32,000 bases of DNA from Demequinaceae bacterium (lineage in GTDB: Bacteria; Actinomycetota; Actinomycetes; Actinomycetales; Demequinaceae). Shown here one piece after another: positions 20,089 to 28,833 of this stretch. Location of the stretch: the NCBI GenBank assembly GCA_965250005.1, contig OZ252279.1, positions 1,590,001 through 1,622,000 on the forward strand. The letters are read 5' to 3'. Below the pieces are notes generated by a model. That model searched no databases. It was not told the DNA's origin and saw only the letters and a program-made list of their open reading frames with translations. The position numbers and the translations under genes are program-made. How positions within the stretch are numbered: position 1 is the stretch's first letter; each line of letters opens with the position of its first letter.

Positions 20089-20583
20089 ATGGGAGAGATC
20101 AACGTGGAGAGGCGCGGCGAGTTGAAGTATGTCGCGCTCGCGATGAATGTGACGTGGTCAAACATGGCGCTACGCGTTACCGAGGCATTCGATTCTCTTG
20201 CCTCCTACCTTGCCACGCACGGGGTTGAGCCATCCGGCCCGTCGCTCATACGCTACCGAACGCGCAGTTCGGAGCGCCCGTTCCAGATCGAAATCGGCTG
20301 GGTGGTCGACACCCCACAGTGGATCGAGGCGCCCTACGTTGTTGACTCGTTGCCTGCGGGAAGATTCGTTGCTGCGCGGCACGAAGGCTCGTATTACGGG
20401 CTCGGGCGCCTTGCAAATGAGATGGAGTTGTGGGCGAAGGCGGAGGGCCACGAAATCGACCGAGCGGAAGCGCGTGGAGTCACCAGCTGGGCGGCAATGG
20501 CCGAACTTCACGTGACCGAGCGGCTCGAAGGGGTCGCTGGACCCGAGGGCACGGTTGACCTGATTATGGGTCTACACAAGTAG
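20089..20583 (+). CDS. GyrI-like small-molecule-binding domain protein
   Basis: INVERRGELKYVALAMNVTWSNM...FQIEIGWVVDTPQWIEAPYVVDSLPAGRFVAARHEGSYYGLGRLANEM...ELHVTE. The alternative GTG start at 20104 has a better-placed GGGAGAG RBS. Confidence 0.72.
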   Translation: MGEINVERRGELKYVALAMNVTWSNMALRVTEAFDSLASYLATHGVEPSGPSLIRYRTRSSERPFQIEIGWVVDTPQWIEAPYVVDSLPAGRFVAARHEGSYYGLGRLANEMELWAKAEGHEIDRAEARGVTSWAAMAELHVTERLEGVAGPEGTVDLIMGLHK

Positions 20584-20646
20584 CGCAACGTCGGGACTTC
20601 GTCTTCGCCCCAGCGGGACTGACGCGTGACCCGAATTGACGCCCCT

Positions 20647-22893
20647 CTAGGCCGTTACCGCGACTTCAGTTTTGGCCGGTGCCTTCGCGGGCGCAATCCT
20701 CGCGGGCTCCTCGTCAAGCGAGACGTGCGGCAGGATGCGGTCAAGCCACGCGGGCAACCACCAGTTGTTTTTGCCGATGAGGTGCATGACCGCCGGGACT
20801 AGCACTGCGCGGACGATGAAAGCGTCGATCAGTACCGCGATCGACAGCCCCAGTCCGAAGAGTTTCATGATGCGTGCGTCGGCGAGGGCAAATCCCGCGA
20901 AGACGAAGATCATGATGCCCGCAGCGGCAAGAATGACGCGGCCGACCTCTGCGTGACCCGTGCGTACGGCCTCGGTGTTATTGCGGCGGACGTGCCATTC
21001 CTCGGCGATGCGGCTGACGAGAAACACCTGGTAGTCCATCGATAGGCCGAATACCAGCGCGAACATGATGATGGGCATGAAGGACTCGATGGGCCCACCA
21101 GACCCGGCGCCAAGTAGCGATGATCCCCAGCCCCACTGGAAGATCCCGACGATCACGCCGAACGCTGCGCCGATCGAGAGTACGTTCATCACGGCGCCTA
21201 CGAGCGGCACCACAAGGCTGCGGAATGCGACGACGACGAGCAGAGTACCCAGCAGGATGACCACCGAGAAGAACAACACCAACTTGCCCTGGATGGCGTC
21301 GGCGAAGTCCTCGAATACCGCGACGACTCCGCCAACGTACACGGACACGCCTTGCTGTGCGGCTGCGGGGGCGTAGTCATTCCTGATGCGGTTGACGAGC
21401 TCGGATGTCTCGACATCTTGAGGGCTCGTGGCGGGGATCACTTGGAAAATCGCGGCGTCGCCTGTGGCGTTGGGGATGGGGCCCACGACTGCGGCGATGC
21501 CCTCGTCCGTCGCCAGCGCGGAGATGAGGTCCATCAGCTGCGCGGGCGGAGCCGGCGGTGACGAAGGGTCAAACGTCGCGGGGTCGATCGGGGTAAGCGG
21601 ATTGTCCGCGAGGTCCACGGCTATGAGCAGCGGGCCATTGAAGCCAGGTCCGAAGCCGTCGGAGAGTAGGTCATACGCCTCGCGGGTGGTGGTTCCCGCG
21701 GGATCGTTGCCCTGGTCTGCTGCTCCCAGGCGCAACGAAAGTGCGGGGATGAACATGAGCACCAGCGCGATCAGAGCGAGCGATCCGAGCACGATTGGGT
21801 GCTTCTGGACTTTGGCCGCCCACCAGCTGAATCTCCGTGATGCGTGCTCGTCCTGGAAGTTTCCGGCGGCGATCCTTGCGCGCACTTTGCGCCCCAACAC
21901 GCGCGTGCCGAGCAAGCGCAGGAGCGCAGGAAGGAGAGTGATCGCCGCCAAGACCGTGAAGACAACCGCGACTCCGGCGCCGATCGCCATTCCGTCGAGG
22001 AAGCTGATGCCGGGGGTGAACATGCCAGCGAGGGCAATAATGACGGCGACTCCGGCAAAGACGACGGCCCGCCCGGACGTGTTGATTGAATCGACAATTG
22101 ATGCATTCACGTCATGGCCGAGCAGCAGGTTTCGGCGATGGCGATTGACAACAAACAGCGCGTAATCGATTCCCACCCCAAGGCCGAGCAGGGCGCCAAT
22201 GATGGGCGCCGTGTCGGAGATCGGGAAGGCGTGCGTGAGCAGACTCACCGATCCGAGCCCCACCGCGAGCGCCGCGAGAGCAGAGATGAGCGGTAGGGCC
22301 ATCGCGGTGAACGACCCGAACGCGAGGAACAGGATGACCGCGGCGACCACGACGCCGATTCCCTCGGCTGGGCCAACCTCCGGTTGGCTGAGGCTGCCGA
22401 TTCCCTGGCCGCCGATGGCCACAGTGAAGCCCTGCTCGTTGAGCTCGGCGACGCCATCGACGATGAACTCTAGCTCTTCCCGCTCTACGCCGAAGCTCGC
22501 GCCAGCGTACTGAATGTTCGCATAGGCGACGGTGCCGTCGGGGCTCACTTGGCCGGGAGCTGAGCCGTCGAACGGCGAGGTGACCAATTGAACGCTGTCG
22601 AGGGCGTCGATGTCCGTGAGGAGTTCCTCGACGGCCTGGCGCAGTGCCGGGTCGTCGTACTGGCCGTCTTGGTCCTGCCACACGAGTTGGTCACCCGATC
22701 CGCTGCCGAACCCTGGGAAGCGTTCCTCGAGGAGGTCGCGCGCCGCCTGGCTGTCGGTGCCCTCGAGAGAGAAGTTCGAGTCGAAGTTCTCGCCAACCAC
22801 GGCCACGGCGCCTTGGACACCCACGATCACGAGGATCCAGAGGCCGATCACCAGAAGGGGGCGGCGGATCGAGAAGCGAGCGACGGGCTTCAT
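20647..22893 (-). CDS. MMPL/RND family transporter
   Basis: 12-TM architecture; PLISALAALAVGLGSVSLLTHAF, IIGALLGLGVGIDYALFVVNRHR and second-half FALVFGLSMDYQVFLVSRIAEEW. Confidence 0.94.
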   Translation of the reverse strand: MKPVARFSIRRPLLVIGLWILVIVGVQGAVAVVGENFDSNFSLEGTDSQAARDLLEERFPGFGSGSGDQLVWQDQDGQYDDPALRQAVEELLTDIDALDSVQLVTSPFDGSAPGQVSPDGTVAYANIQYAGASFGVEREELEFIVDGVAELNEQGFTVAIGGQGIGSLSQPEVGPAEGIGVVVAAVILFLAFGSFTAMALPLISALAALAVGLGSVSLLTHAFPISDTAPIIGALLGLGVGIDYALFVVNRHRRNLLLGHDVNASIVDSINTSGRAVVFAGVAVIIALAGMFTPGISFLDGMAIGAGVAVVFTVLAAITLLPALLRLLGTRVLGRKVRARIAAGNFQDEHASRRFSWWAAKVQKHPIVLGSLALIALVLMFIPALSLRLGAADQGNDPAGTTTREAYDLLSDGFGPGFNGPLLIAVDLADNPLTPIDPATFDPSSPPAPPAQLMDLISALATDEGIAAVVGPIPNATGDAAIFQVIPATSPQDVETSELVNRIRNDYAPAAAQQGVSVYVGGVVAVFEDFADAIQGKLVLFFSVVILLGTLLVVVAFRSLVVPLVGAVMNVLSIGAAFGVIVGIFQWGWGSSLLGAGSGGPIESFMPIIMFALVFGLSMDYQVFLVSRIAEEWHVRRNNTEAVRTGHAEVGRVILAAAGIMIFVFAGFALADARIMKLFGLGLSIAVLIDAFIVRAVLVPAVMHLIGKNNWWLPAWLDRILPHVSLDEEPARIAPAKAPAKTEVAVTA

Positions 22894-22939
22894 GTGACAT
22901 TCCTAACTTTACGGCCGGTAAGCAAGTTGTATTAGCGCT

Positions 22940-22952
22940 ATGGTGTCACCAT
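22940..22952. promoter_or_regulatory. Candidate operator: perfect inverted repeat ATGGTG-T-CACCAT between MMPL and tetR
   Basis: 6-bp arms with a 1-nt centre in the 96-bp divergent intergenic region, directly next to the palindrome TAGCGCTA (22933-22940). Confidence 0.5.
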
Positions 22953-22989
22953 TACTTAACGAACGTCAAGTTAGTTCGATGGAGGTGTG

Positions 22990-23607
22990 ATGACATCCAC
23001 AGCAGCCGATGGTGGCCACGTTGATGCCCGCCGTACCGATACCCGCGAGCGCATCCTCGAGGTCGCCACGCAGCTCTTCCGTGAGAAAGGCTACGCCGCG
23101 ACATCGACGCAGAACATTGCCGACCAGCTTGGCGTGACCAAAGCCGCGCTCTACTATCATTTCGAGTCGAAAGAAGAGATTCTGATCGCGCTCAAGCAGC
23201 CCATCGCGGACGCGCTTGGCGAGGTCCTCGCGAGGCCCCGCGATCTAGGCGCCGCCGCGGGCCGCAAGGCCTTCGTTACGGATCTGGTCGACACGCTGGT
23301 CGCGCGCGGTGCCGGCATCGCGTCCCTGATGACAGACAGCCGCGCCCAACTCGCCTTGCGCGAACTCGTGGAGAAGACAGGTGTTCCCGCGCAAGTCGCT
23401 GGGTTGCTGGCCGCAGGAATTTCTGGCGTGAAGAACCCCGCGGACGCGCCTCCTGAGGCATTCATCCGGGTGGCCGCCACGGTGGGTGCCTTGCACGGTG
23501 CATTTGATGCGTGGGTGCACGTCAATCCCGACGCGATGGGGTTGGACGACGCGACGCGCGCGGCAGTGATCGAGACTGCGGTCGCGACGCTGGAGTCGGG
23601 CTCCTAG
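22990..23607 (+). CDS. TetR-family transcriptional regulator (probable regulator of the divergent MMPL transporter)
   Basis: RERILEVATQLFREKGYAATSTQNIADQLGVTKAALYYHFESKEEIL HTH; GGAGG RBS; alternative GTG start at 22987. Confidence 0.93.
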   Translation: MTSTAADGGHVDARRTDTRERILEVATQLFREKGYAATSTQNIADQLGVTKAALYYHFESKEEILIALKQPIADALGEVLARPRDLGAAAGRKAFVTDLVDTLVARGAGIASLMTDSRAQLALRELVEKTGVPAQVAGLLAAGISGVKNPADAPPEAFIRVAATVGALHGAFDAWVHVNPDAMGLDDATRAAVIETAVATLESGS

Positions 23608-24782
23608 ACTTCGCTTGAATGCTGTGCGAGCCGGGCAGCAGGCGTGAGGATGCCAACGGTGGCGAAAACCACCGCGGTCACTCCTAGGGCCACCAGCGGG
23701 TCCAGCGACGGCATCCAGAAGATTCCACTGACGAAGAACGCTGTCGCGACTGCAAACCATCGCCATGGACCCTTTGACGATGCGATCAGCGCGGCTCCGG
23801 CCAAGCAGAGCAGGGCCGCGCCGGAAGCAATGAGGATTGCGGCGACTCCGGCCACCTCTTTGTCCGCGATTGCGAAAACCGCCTCTTCTACTCCGGCGGC
23901 AGCGATGATGATGCCCGCGACCAGCGGGAGATGCCCGAACGTGTAGGACTTGAGCCCGATCTCGATCTCGCGCGCGGGCCCCGCCGCTTGCAGGTCCTGT
24001 TCAACCTGTGGCGCGATGTTGCGGAAGTAGACCCACCAGAACCCGACGGCCGTGAGCACCCCAAGTACTGCGGTGATAATGAGCGCGAGCGACAAGTCGA
24101 TTGCCTCCGCGGCGACCCCCACCGCGACCACGGATTCTCCGAGCGCGAGGATCACGATCAGTCCCCACCTCTCGGCGATGTGGTGCTTCGAGGCGATGAT
24201 CCAACCGCCCAGCTTTTCGGAGAGGATCCACTGCAGGCTGAGGTCGACGAAGAGCGCTGCCGCCCACCACCAGAGCCGATCCCCCGGGCTCGCGTAAGCG
24301 CCTAGAACCACGAGGGTGCCCGTCGGGATGAACGCGGCGCCCGTCGCCATGATCTGCCGGAACAGCGCTCGGTCGGTGCGCCCGCCCCACCCGTAGACCG
24401 CGGTGTGGACCACGCGGATCCCGATGTAGGCGGCGGCGAACGCCAAGGGCGCGAGGGCGCCGCCCGGCGCCTCCCAGACGTGGCGGATGGTGAGCGCCAC
24501 AACGAATACTGCTGGCATCGACACGATGAAGCCCGCGAGCGCAGCCCCAGTGTCCGCGCGCATGACGTTGCCCAGCCAGGCGTACATGATCCACGTCCAC
24601 CACATGATGGTGAGGACCAGGAGACCTTGAGCCGTACCGAGGACGCTGTGCTCGTGCGCGATCCACGCTGTCACCTGCGTCAGGGCGAAGACGAACACAA
24701 GATCGAAGAACAGCTCGACGGTCGTGACGCGATGAGACGCGTCAGTCTTCTGCGGGGCGAAGAAACGTGCCAGTACTCCCAT
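23604..24782 (-). CDS. ltrA: Low temperature requirement protein A (LtrA) family membrane protein
   Basis: VTTVELFFDLVFVFALTQVTAWI...MWWTWIMYAWLGN...SEKLGGWIIASKHHIAERWGLIVILALGESVVAVG. Start taken at ATG 24782. Confidence 0.9.
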   Translation of the reverse strand: MGVLARFFAPQKTDASHRVTTVELFFDLVFVFALTQVTAWIAHEHSVLGTAQGLLVLTIMWWTWIMYAWLGNVMRADTGAALAGFIVSMPAVFVVALTIRHVWEAPGGALAPLAFAAAYIGIRVVHTAVYGWGGRTDRALFRQIMATGAAFIPTGTLVVLGAYASPGDRLWWWAAALFVDLSLQWILSEKLGGWIIASKHHIAERWGLIVILALGESVVAVGVAAEAIDLSLALIITAVLGVLTAVGFWWVYFRNIAPQVEQDLQAAGPAREIEIGLKSYTFGHLPLVAGIIIAAAGVEEAVFAIADKEVAGVAAILIASGAALLCLAGAALIASSKGPWRWFAVATAFFVSGIFWMPSLDPLVALGVTAVVFATVGILTPAARLAQHSSEV

Positions 24783-24889
24783 CCGGCCATCCTGCCACCC
24801 GGCGCCCGCTGCGAGCGTCTGCGCCATCGGAATGGCCGCGTCGCGGTACTAGCGATATCGTCGACATGAGACGAACAGAAGGAGTTCTC

Positions 24890-26020
24890 GTGGCACACAT
24901 CTCTCGGTACCCGTTGGTGCGACACTTGCGCAGCACGCCCACTACCCACATCGTGACGATGCGCCGCGGCAAGTACCGCTCGCGGGGCACGGGTGTCTCC
25001 TTCTGGTTCAGGCCGCTGACCGCAGTGATTTCCGAGGTGCCGGTAGACGACCGCGAGTTGCCCATGGCCTTCCGTGCCCGCACCAAGGACTTCCAGGACG
25101 CCATGGTGCAGGGCACAGTGACGTACCGCGTGACGGACCCGGCCGTCGCCGCCCAGCGCGTGGACTTCTCGATCGACACCAAGTCCGGCGTCTGGCGCGG
25201 GACCCCACTCCAGCAGCTCGCGAGCCTGCTAACCGAGACCGCACAACAGCATGCGCTTGATCTGCTGGTCCGCACGAGTCTCGCCGACGCACTCTCGACC
25301 GGTGTGACCACCGTCAGAGACGCGGTCGAGGCCGGGCTTCGCGCCGACGAGCGCCTTGCGGACACAGGGCTGGATGTGATCGGCGTGCGCATCGTTGCCA
25401 TCCGTCCCGAGGAAGAGGTGGAGCGCGCCCTCCAGACCCCTACGCGTGAGCAGATCCAGCAGGATGCGGACAAGGCGACGTACGAGCGCCGGGCTCTCGC
25501 GGTTGAGAGCGAGCGGACCATTAGCGAGAACGAGCTGCAGAGCCAGATCGAGCTTGCCAAGCGCGAGGAACAGTTGGTCGCGCAGCGCGGCGCTAACGCA
25601 CGCAAGTCGGCGGAAGAGGCGGCGGCGGCCAACGAGATTGAGGCGGCGGCGCAGGCCAGCCGCAAGACGACGCTCGCGAAGGCCTCCGCGGAGTCCACGC
25701 GTGTCATCGGTGAGGCGGAGGCCGCGGCGGAGACCGCGAAATTGGGCGCGTACGCTGGAACCTCGGAGGGCACGATCCTGGCGCTCGCCGCCCGCGGAGC
25801 GGCGGACAACCTTCCGCAGATAGGCAACCTTGTCCTGACGCCGGACTTGCTCGCTCCCGTGCTGGCCAAGTTGGGCGGCGCGGATGCGGCGCCCGCACCA
25901 GCCACGAAGTCACGCGCGAAGACGCGCAAGTCCAGTCCGGCGGCGATCCCTGACCCCCGCGTTTCGGCTCAGGTGACCGCAGACGCCGAGCCCGGGATCA
26001 TCCCGGACGACCACCACTAG
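24890..26020 (+). CDS. SPFH/Band-7 domain protein without an N-terminal TM segment
   Basis: VTMRRGKYRSRGTGVSFWFRPLTAVISEVPVDDRELPMAFRARTKDFQDAMVQGTVTYRVTDP and a long Ala/Glu-rich coiled coil, ATYERRALAVESERTISENELQSQIELAKREEQLVAQRGANARKSAEEAAAANEIEAA. GTG start at 24890 with an AAGGAG RBS. Confidence 0.82.
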   Translation: MAHISRYPLVRHLRSTPTTHIVTMRRGKYRSRGTGVSFWFRPLTAVISEVPVDDRELPMAFRARTKDFQDAMVQGTVTYRVTDPAVAAQRVDFSIDTKSGVWRGTPLQQLASLLTETAQQHALDLLVRTSLADALSTGVTTVRDAVEAGLRADERLADTGLDVIGVRIVAIRPEEEVERALQTPTREQIQQDADKATYERRALAVESERTISENELQSQIELAKREEQLVAQRGANARKSAEEAAAANEIEAAAQASRKTTLAKASAESTRVIGEAEAAAETAKLGAYAGTSEGTILALAARGAADNLPQIGNLVLTPDLLAPVLAKLGGADAAPAPATKSRAKTRKSSPAAIPDPRVSAQVTADAEPGIIPDDHH

Positions 26021-26034
26021 ACCGGTAGCCACGC

Positions 26035-26931
26035 ATGGCTCTTGCCCCCCGCGTCGTCCTTGTCCATAGGCGCACGGAGCTCCAGGAACTCAACGCGCGC
26101 CACGGCACGCTTCAGCAGGCCGCGTTCTACCTGGCGGGGCGCTTACAGACGCTCGAGGTTGTTGAGGAGCGCGACAACGCGACCGACTCCGCGCTCGACG
26201 CCGTTCATGCCGCAACGCCCGTGGATTGGCGACGCGGCATGGTGGAGCGCTCGGACCTGTCACGGTTTCTGTGGGCGCCAGAGGACATCGTGGTGGTTGT
26301 GGGCCAGGACGGGCTTGTCGCCAACGTCGCGAAGTATCTGGACGGCCAGCCGGTGATCGGCATCAATCCGAACCCCGCGCGCAACCCGGGCGTGCTTGTT
26401 CCTCACCCGCCCAGCGCCGTCGAGGCGCTCATTGAACTCGCCGCGACGCCCGCGGTTGCGCAGCACATTGAAGCGCGCACCATGGTCCGAATCTCCACGG
26501 ACGACGGCCAGGACCTGACCGCTCTAAACGAGGTGTTCGTCGGCCACCCGAGCCACCAGACTGCCCGCTACACCGTGGCACTTCCGGGCGGCCGCGAGGA
26601 GCGGCAGGCGTCTTCTGGGGTGATCGTCTCGTCCGGTACGGGGGCGACCGGGTGGGGCCGATCAATCTGGCAGCAGTCGGCGTCAACCATCGAACTCCCG
26701 CTGCCCGCCGAGCGGCGTCTCGCGTGGTTCGTGCGCGAGGCGTGGCCGTCACCGGCGACGGGGACGGACCTCACGTCGGGAGAGATCACGGACGGTCAGC
26801 TGCGCCTGACTGTGGAGTCCGACCGGTTGGTCGCGTTTGGTGACGGGATTGAGTCTGACTCACTCTCTCTGGCGTTCGGCCAGGAGGTTCAGATTGGTGT
26901 CGCCGCCAAGCAGCTCAACCTGGTGAAGTAG
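26035..26931 (+). CDS. NAD-kinase-like protein with altered GGDG motif (GQDG)
   Basis: DIVVVVGQDGLVANVAKYLDGQPVIGINPNP corresponds to GGDGT...piIGIN; ALNEVFVG corresponds to the NE motif; VSSGTGATGW corresponds to S-T-P-T-G-S-T-A. The frame is intact and starts 14 nt after the SPFH stop. Confidence 0.75.
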   Translation: MALAPRVVLVHRRTELQELNARHGTLQQAAFYLAGRLQTLEVVEERDNATDSALDAVHAATPVDWRRGMVERSDLSRFLWAPEDIVVVVGQDGLVANVAKYLDGQPVIGINPNPARNPGVLVPHPPSAVEALIELAATPAVAQHIEARTMVRISTDDGQDLTALNEVFVGHPSHQTARYTVALPGGREERQASSGVIVSSGTGATGWGRSIWQQSASTIELPLPAERRLAWFVREAWPSPATGTDLTSGEITDGQLRLTVESDRLVAFGDGIESDSLSLAFGQEVQIGVAAKQLNLVK

Positions 26932-27038
26932 CCCGAGCGCACTGCGGCCCCGGCCTCCCCGGAGCTTGGGTGAGACCAGGGCCGATGGCGCAGCGCGTCT
27001 CGCGACGTGGCGTGGCTTGTGGGAGTGGTGGAGTGCGG

Positions 27039-27866
27039 CTAGCGCGCGTCCGCGAGTTCGGGCTTCGGCTTCAGGGCGTCGCCCAGCATCATCTCGCTGA
27101 ATCTCCCAAAGAGATTGGCGCCACCCTTGGCGGTGAGGACGTGGCCAGAGATGAAGCCCATCACCTTGTTCATCGCGCCGGGAATCACCTCAGCTTTGCG
27201 GCCAAGCGAGCTCAGCGCTGCACGAACCACGGGGCCAACTTCCATCATGCCCACGGTTGCATCTCCGGCGATCTTGGTGGCGAGCTCGGTCTTGACGCCT
27301 CCCGGCGAGAGGACGAGGACGTCGACGCCGTCCGACTTGAGCTCGCGCCCGAGCACGTGGCCATAGTGTCGGATCGCAGATTTCGTGCCGCCGTACGTAC
27401 CGAGGTATGGAGAGGGCGCGTAACCCATGACGGACGAGACGAAGATAACGCCGGACCGCTCGCGTGACCGGAGTCGGTCCAGCAACTCGTGGGTCAGTGC
27501 GACCGGCGCGCGGAAATTGAGGTCAATAAGCCGCGTTTGCGTATCCCCGTTGCTGGCGCCGAGCGTCTCGGGAACAGCTGTGCCAGCGTTGTTGACCAGC
27601 AGGCCAACGTCGAGGTCCGAGACCGCCTCGGCGATTCGCGCGGGCGCATCGCTGTCAGTGAGGTCCGCGCTCACAACGCGGGTTTCTATCCCGTGGTTTT
27701 TGCGTAGCAAGTCCGCGAACGTGCGCATCATGTCGCCGCGCCGTGCGACGAGCACTACGTTGAGGCCGGATTCCGCGAGTTGATTCACGAACTCGTGACC
27801 GATTCCGGCGGAGGCGCCGGTCACGATGACCCAGGGGCCGTAGCTGGAAAAATCGGGGCGGGGCAT
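27039..27866 (-). CDS. Short-chain dehydrogenase/reductase (SDR)
   Basis: VIVTGASAGIGHEF, LLVNNAGTA, VIFVSSVMGYAPSPYLGTYGGTKSAI (YxxxK). Confidence 0.94.
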   Translation of the reverse strand: MPRPDFSSYGPWVIVTGASAGIGHEFVNQLAESGLNVVLVARRGDMMRTFADLLRKNHGIETRVVSADLTDSDAPARIAEAVSDLDVGLLVNNAGTAVPETLGASNGDTQTRLIDLNFRAPVALTHELLDRLRSRERSGVIFVSSVMGYAPSPYLGTYGGTKSAIRHYGHVLGRELKSDGVDVLVLSPGGVKTELATKIAGDATVGMMEVGPVVRAALSSLGRKAEVIPGAMNKVMGFISGHVLTAKGGANLFGRFSEMMLGDALKPKPELADAR

Positions 27867-27903
27867 GGTTTCTCCTTCATCGATTGTTACTGGAACGGTT
27901 AGT

Positions 27904-27919
27904 GCAATACGAATACTGC
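27904..27919. promoter_or_regulatory. Candidate TetR operator: imperfect palindrome GCAATACGAATACTGC (GCAnTAnnnnTAnTGC)
   Basis: In the 85-bp divergent SDR/tetR intergenic region; 10 of 16 positions are symmetric, including both GCA/TGC ends. Confidence 0.4.
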
Positions 27920-27951
27920 AATATTTATTCCAGAACCCTTAGGATTTGTTC

Positions 27952-28548
27952 ATGGCCAGGCCCCGCACGTTCTCCGAGGACGTCGTAGTTCGTAGCGCCA
28001 TGCAGGCGTTTTGGCTGAACGGATACGAGGGAACGTCGATCGATGACATCGAGAAGGCGACCGGGCTCAACCGATCGAGCCTGTATCAGGCGTTCGGAAG
28101 CAAGCACCAACTGTACGAGACAGTACTCGAGCGATACGTGAGCACGATCATTTCGCCAGCGCTCGAACTGGCCAGCGCGCCAGGGGCTGGCCTCGATGGC
28201 GCCGTGGCGTTCTTCGACTGGATGAAGCGGATGATCGTCGAGGAGCCGGACCGGGCATCGCTCGGGTGCCTCATGAGTAACGCGATTGCCGAGGTTGGCA
28301 GCGTGGACGCCGACGTTCGGCCCATCGCCGACCGCTTCCTCTTCCGGGTCAAAGAGGCGTTCATCCAGAGTCTCAACGAGGCGGAGCGCGCGGGTCAGAT
28401 GCAGGCTGGCACCGCGACGCAGCGCGCCGAGGTGCTGTCGGCCATCATGCTCGGGGCGTTTGTGACCGTGCGCGGCGCGAGCGACATGTCAGGAGCAGCC
28501 TCGCTACTGGAATCCGCGTCGAACCTTGTGGAGAGCTGGCGACTCTAG
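27952..28548 (+). CDS. TetR/AcrR-family transcriptional regulator
   Basis: MARPRTFSEDVVVRSAMQAFWLNGYEGTSIDDIEKATGLNRSSLYQAFGSKHQLYETVLERY. Confidence 0.93.
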   Translation: MARPRTFSEDVVVRSAMQAFWLNGYEGTSIDDIEKATGLNRSSLYQAFGSKHQLYETVLERYVSTIISPALELASAPGAGLDGAVAFFDWMKRMIVEEPDRASLGCLMSNAIAEVGSVDADVRPIADRFLFRVKEAFIQSLNEAERAGQMQAGTATQRAEVLSAIMLGAFVTVRGASDMSGAASLLESASNLVESWRL

Positions 28549-28775
28549 GGCGCCTCGCGCAGGGTCGAGATGGTGGTCCAGCCGCCGCGCTCCATGTCAG
28601 CGACCATCTTGGTGACGACCGCCTGCGCCTCGGCCTCGTCCTCACAGGCCTCGATTTGTTGGCGATTGCTGCGCGGCTGGGCCGAATCGACGTGGTCGAT
28701 CACGATGGTCATGCCGTCGTTCTCGAGGCTGAACGTGCGCGACTGGGTACCGAGCGCGTAGGTGAAGGGGTCCAT
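28545..28775 (-). CDS. Hypothetical 76-aa protein
   Basis: Intact ORF filling a gap between annotated genes, overlapping the TetR stop by 4 nt: MDPFTYALGTQSRTFSLENDGMTIVIDHVDSAQPRSNRQQIEACEDEAEAQAVVTKMVADMERGGWTTISTLREAP. No clear family. Confidence 0.5.
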   Translation of the reverse strand: MDPFTYALGTQSRTFSLENDGMTIVIDHVDSAQPRSNRQQIEACEDEAEAQAVVTKMVADMERGGWTTISTLREAP

Positions 28776-28833
28776 GTCTCAAGTATCGCGCACGGCGCCG
28801 ACACTCTCGCCGTCAACGAGCGCGGCGCGTTTG

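Noticed and set aside
19886-20125. Plus-strand ORF beginning MAVAVAVAVA
   Set aside because: Produced by the TGTGGC hexamer repeat read in frame; no RBS or domain, and the minus-strand lipoprotein explains the locus.
21428-22165. Plus-strand 245-aa ORF opposite the MMPL transporter
   Set aside because: Shadow ORF with compositionally biased sequence; the minus-strand MMPL motifs are unambiguous.
24742-25929. 395-aa minus-strand ORF opposite the SPFH gene
   Set aside because: Ser/Ala/Arg-biased shadow ORF; the SPFH frame has recognisable domain architecture and an RBS.
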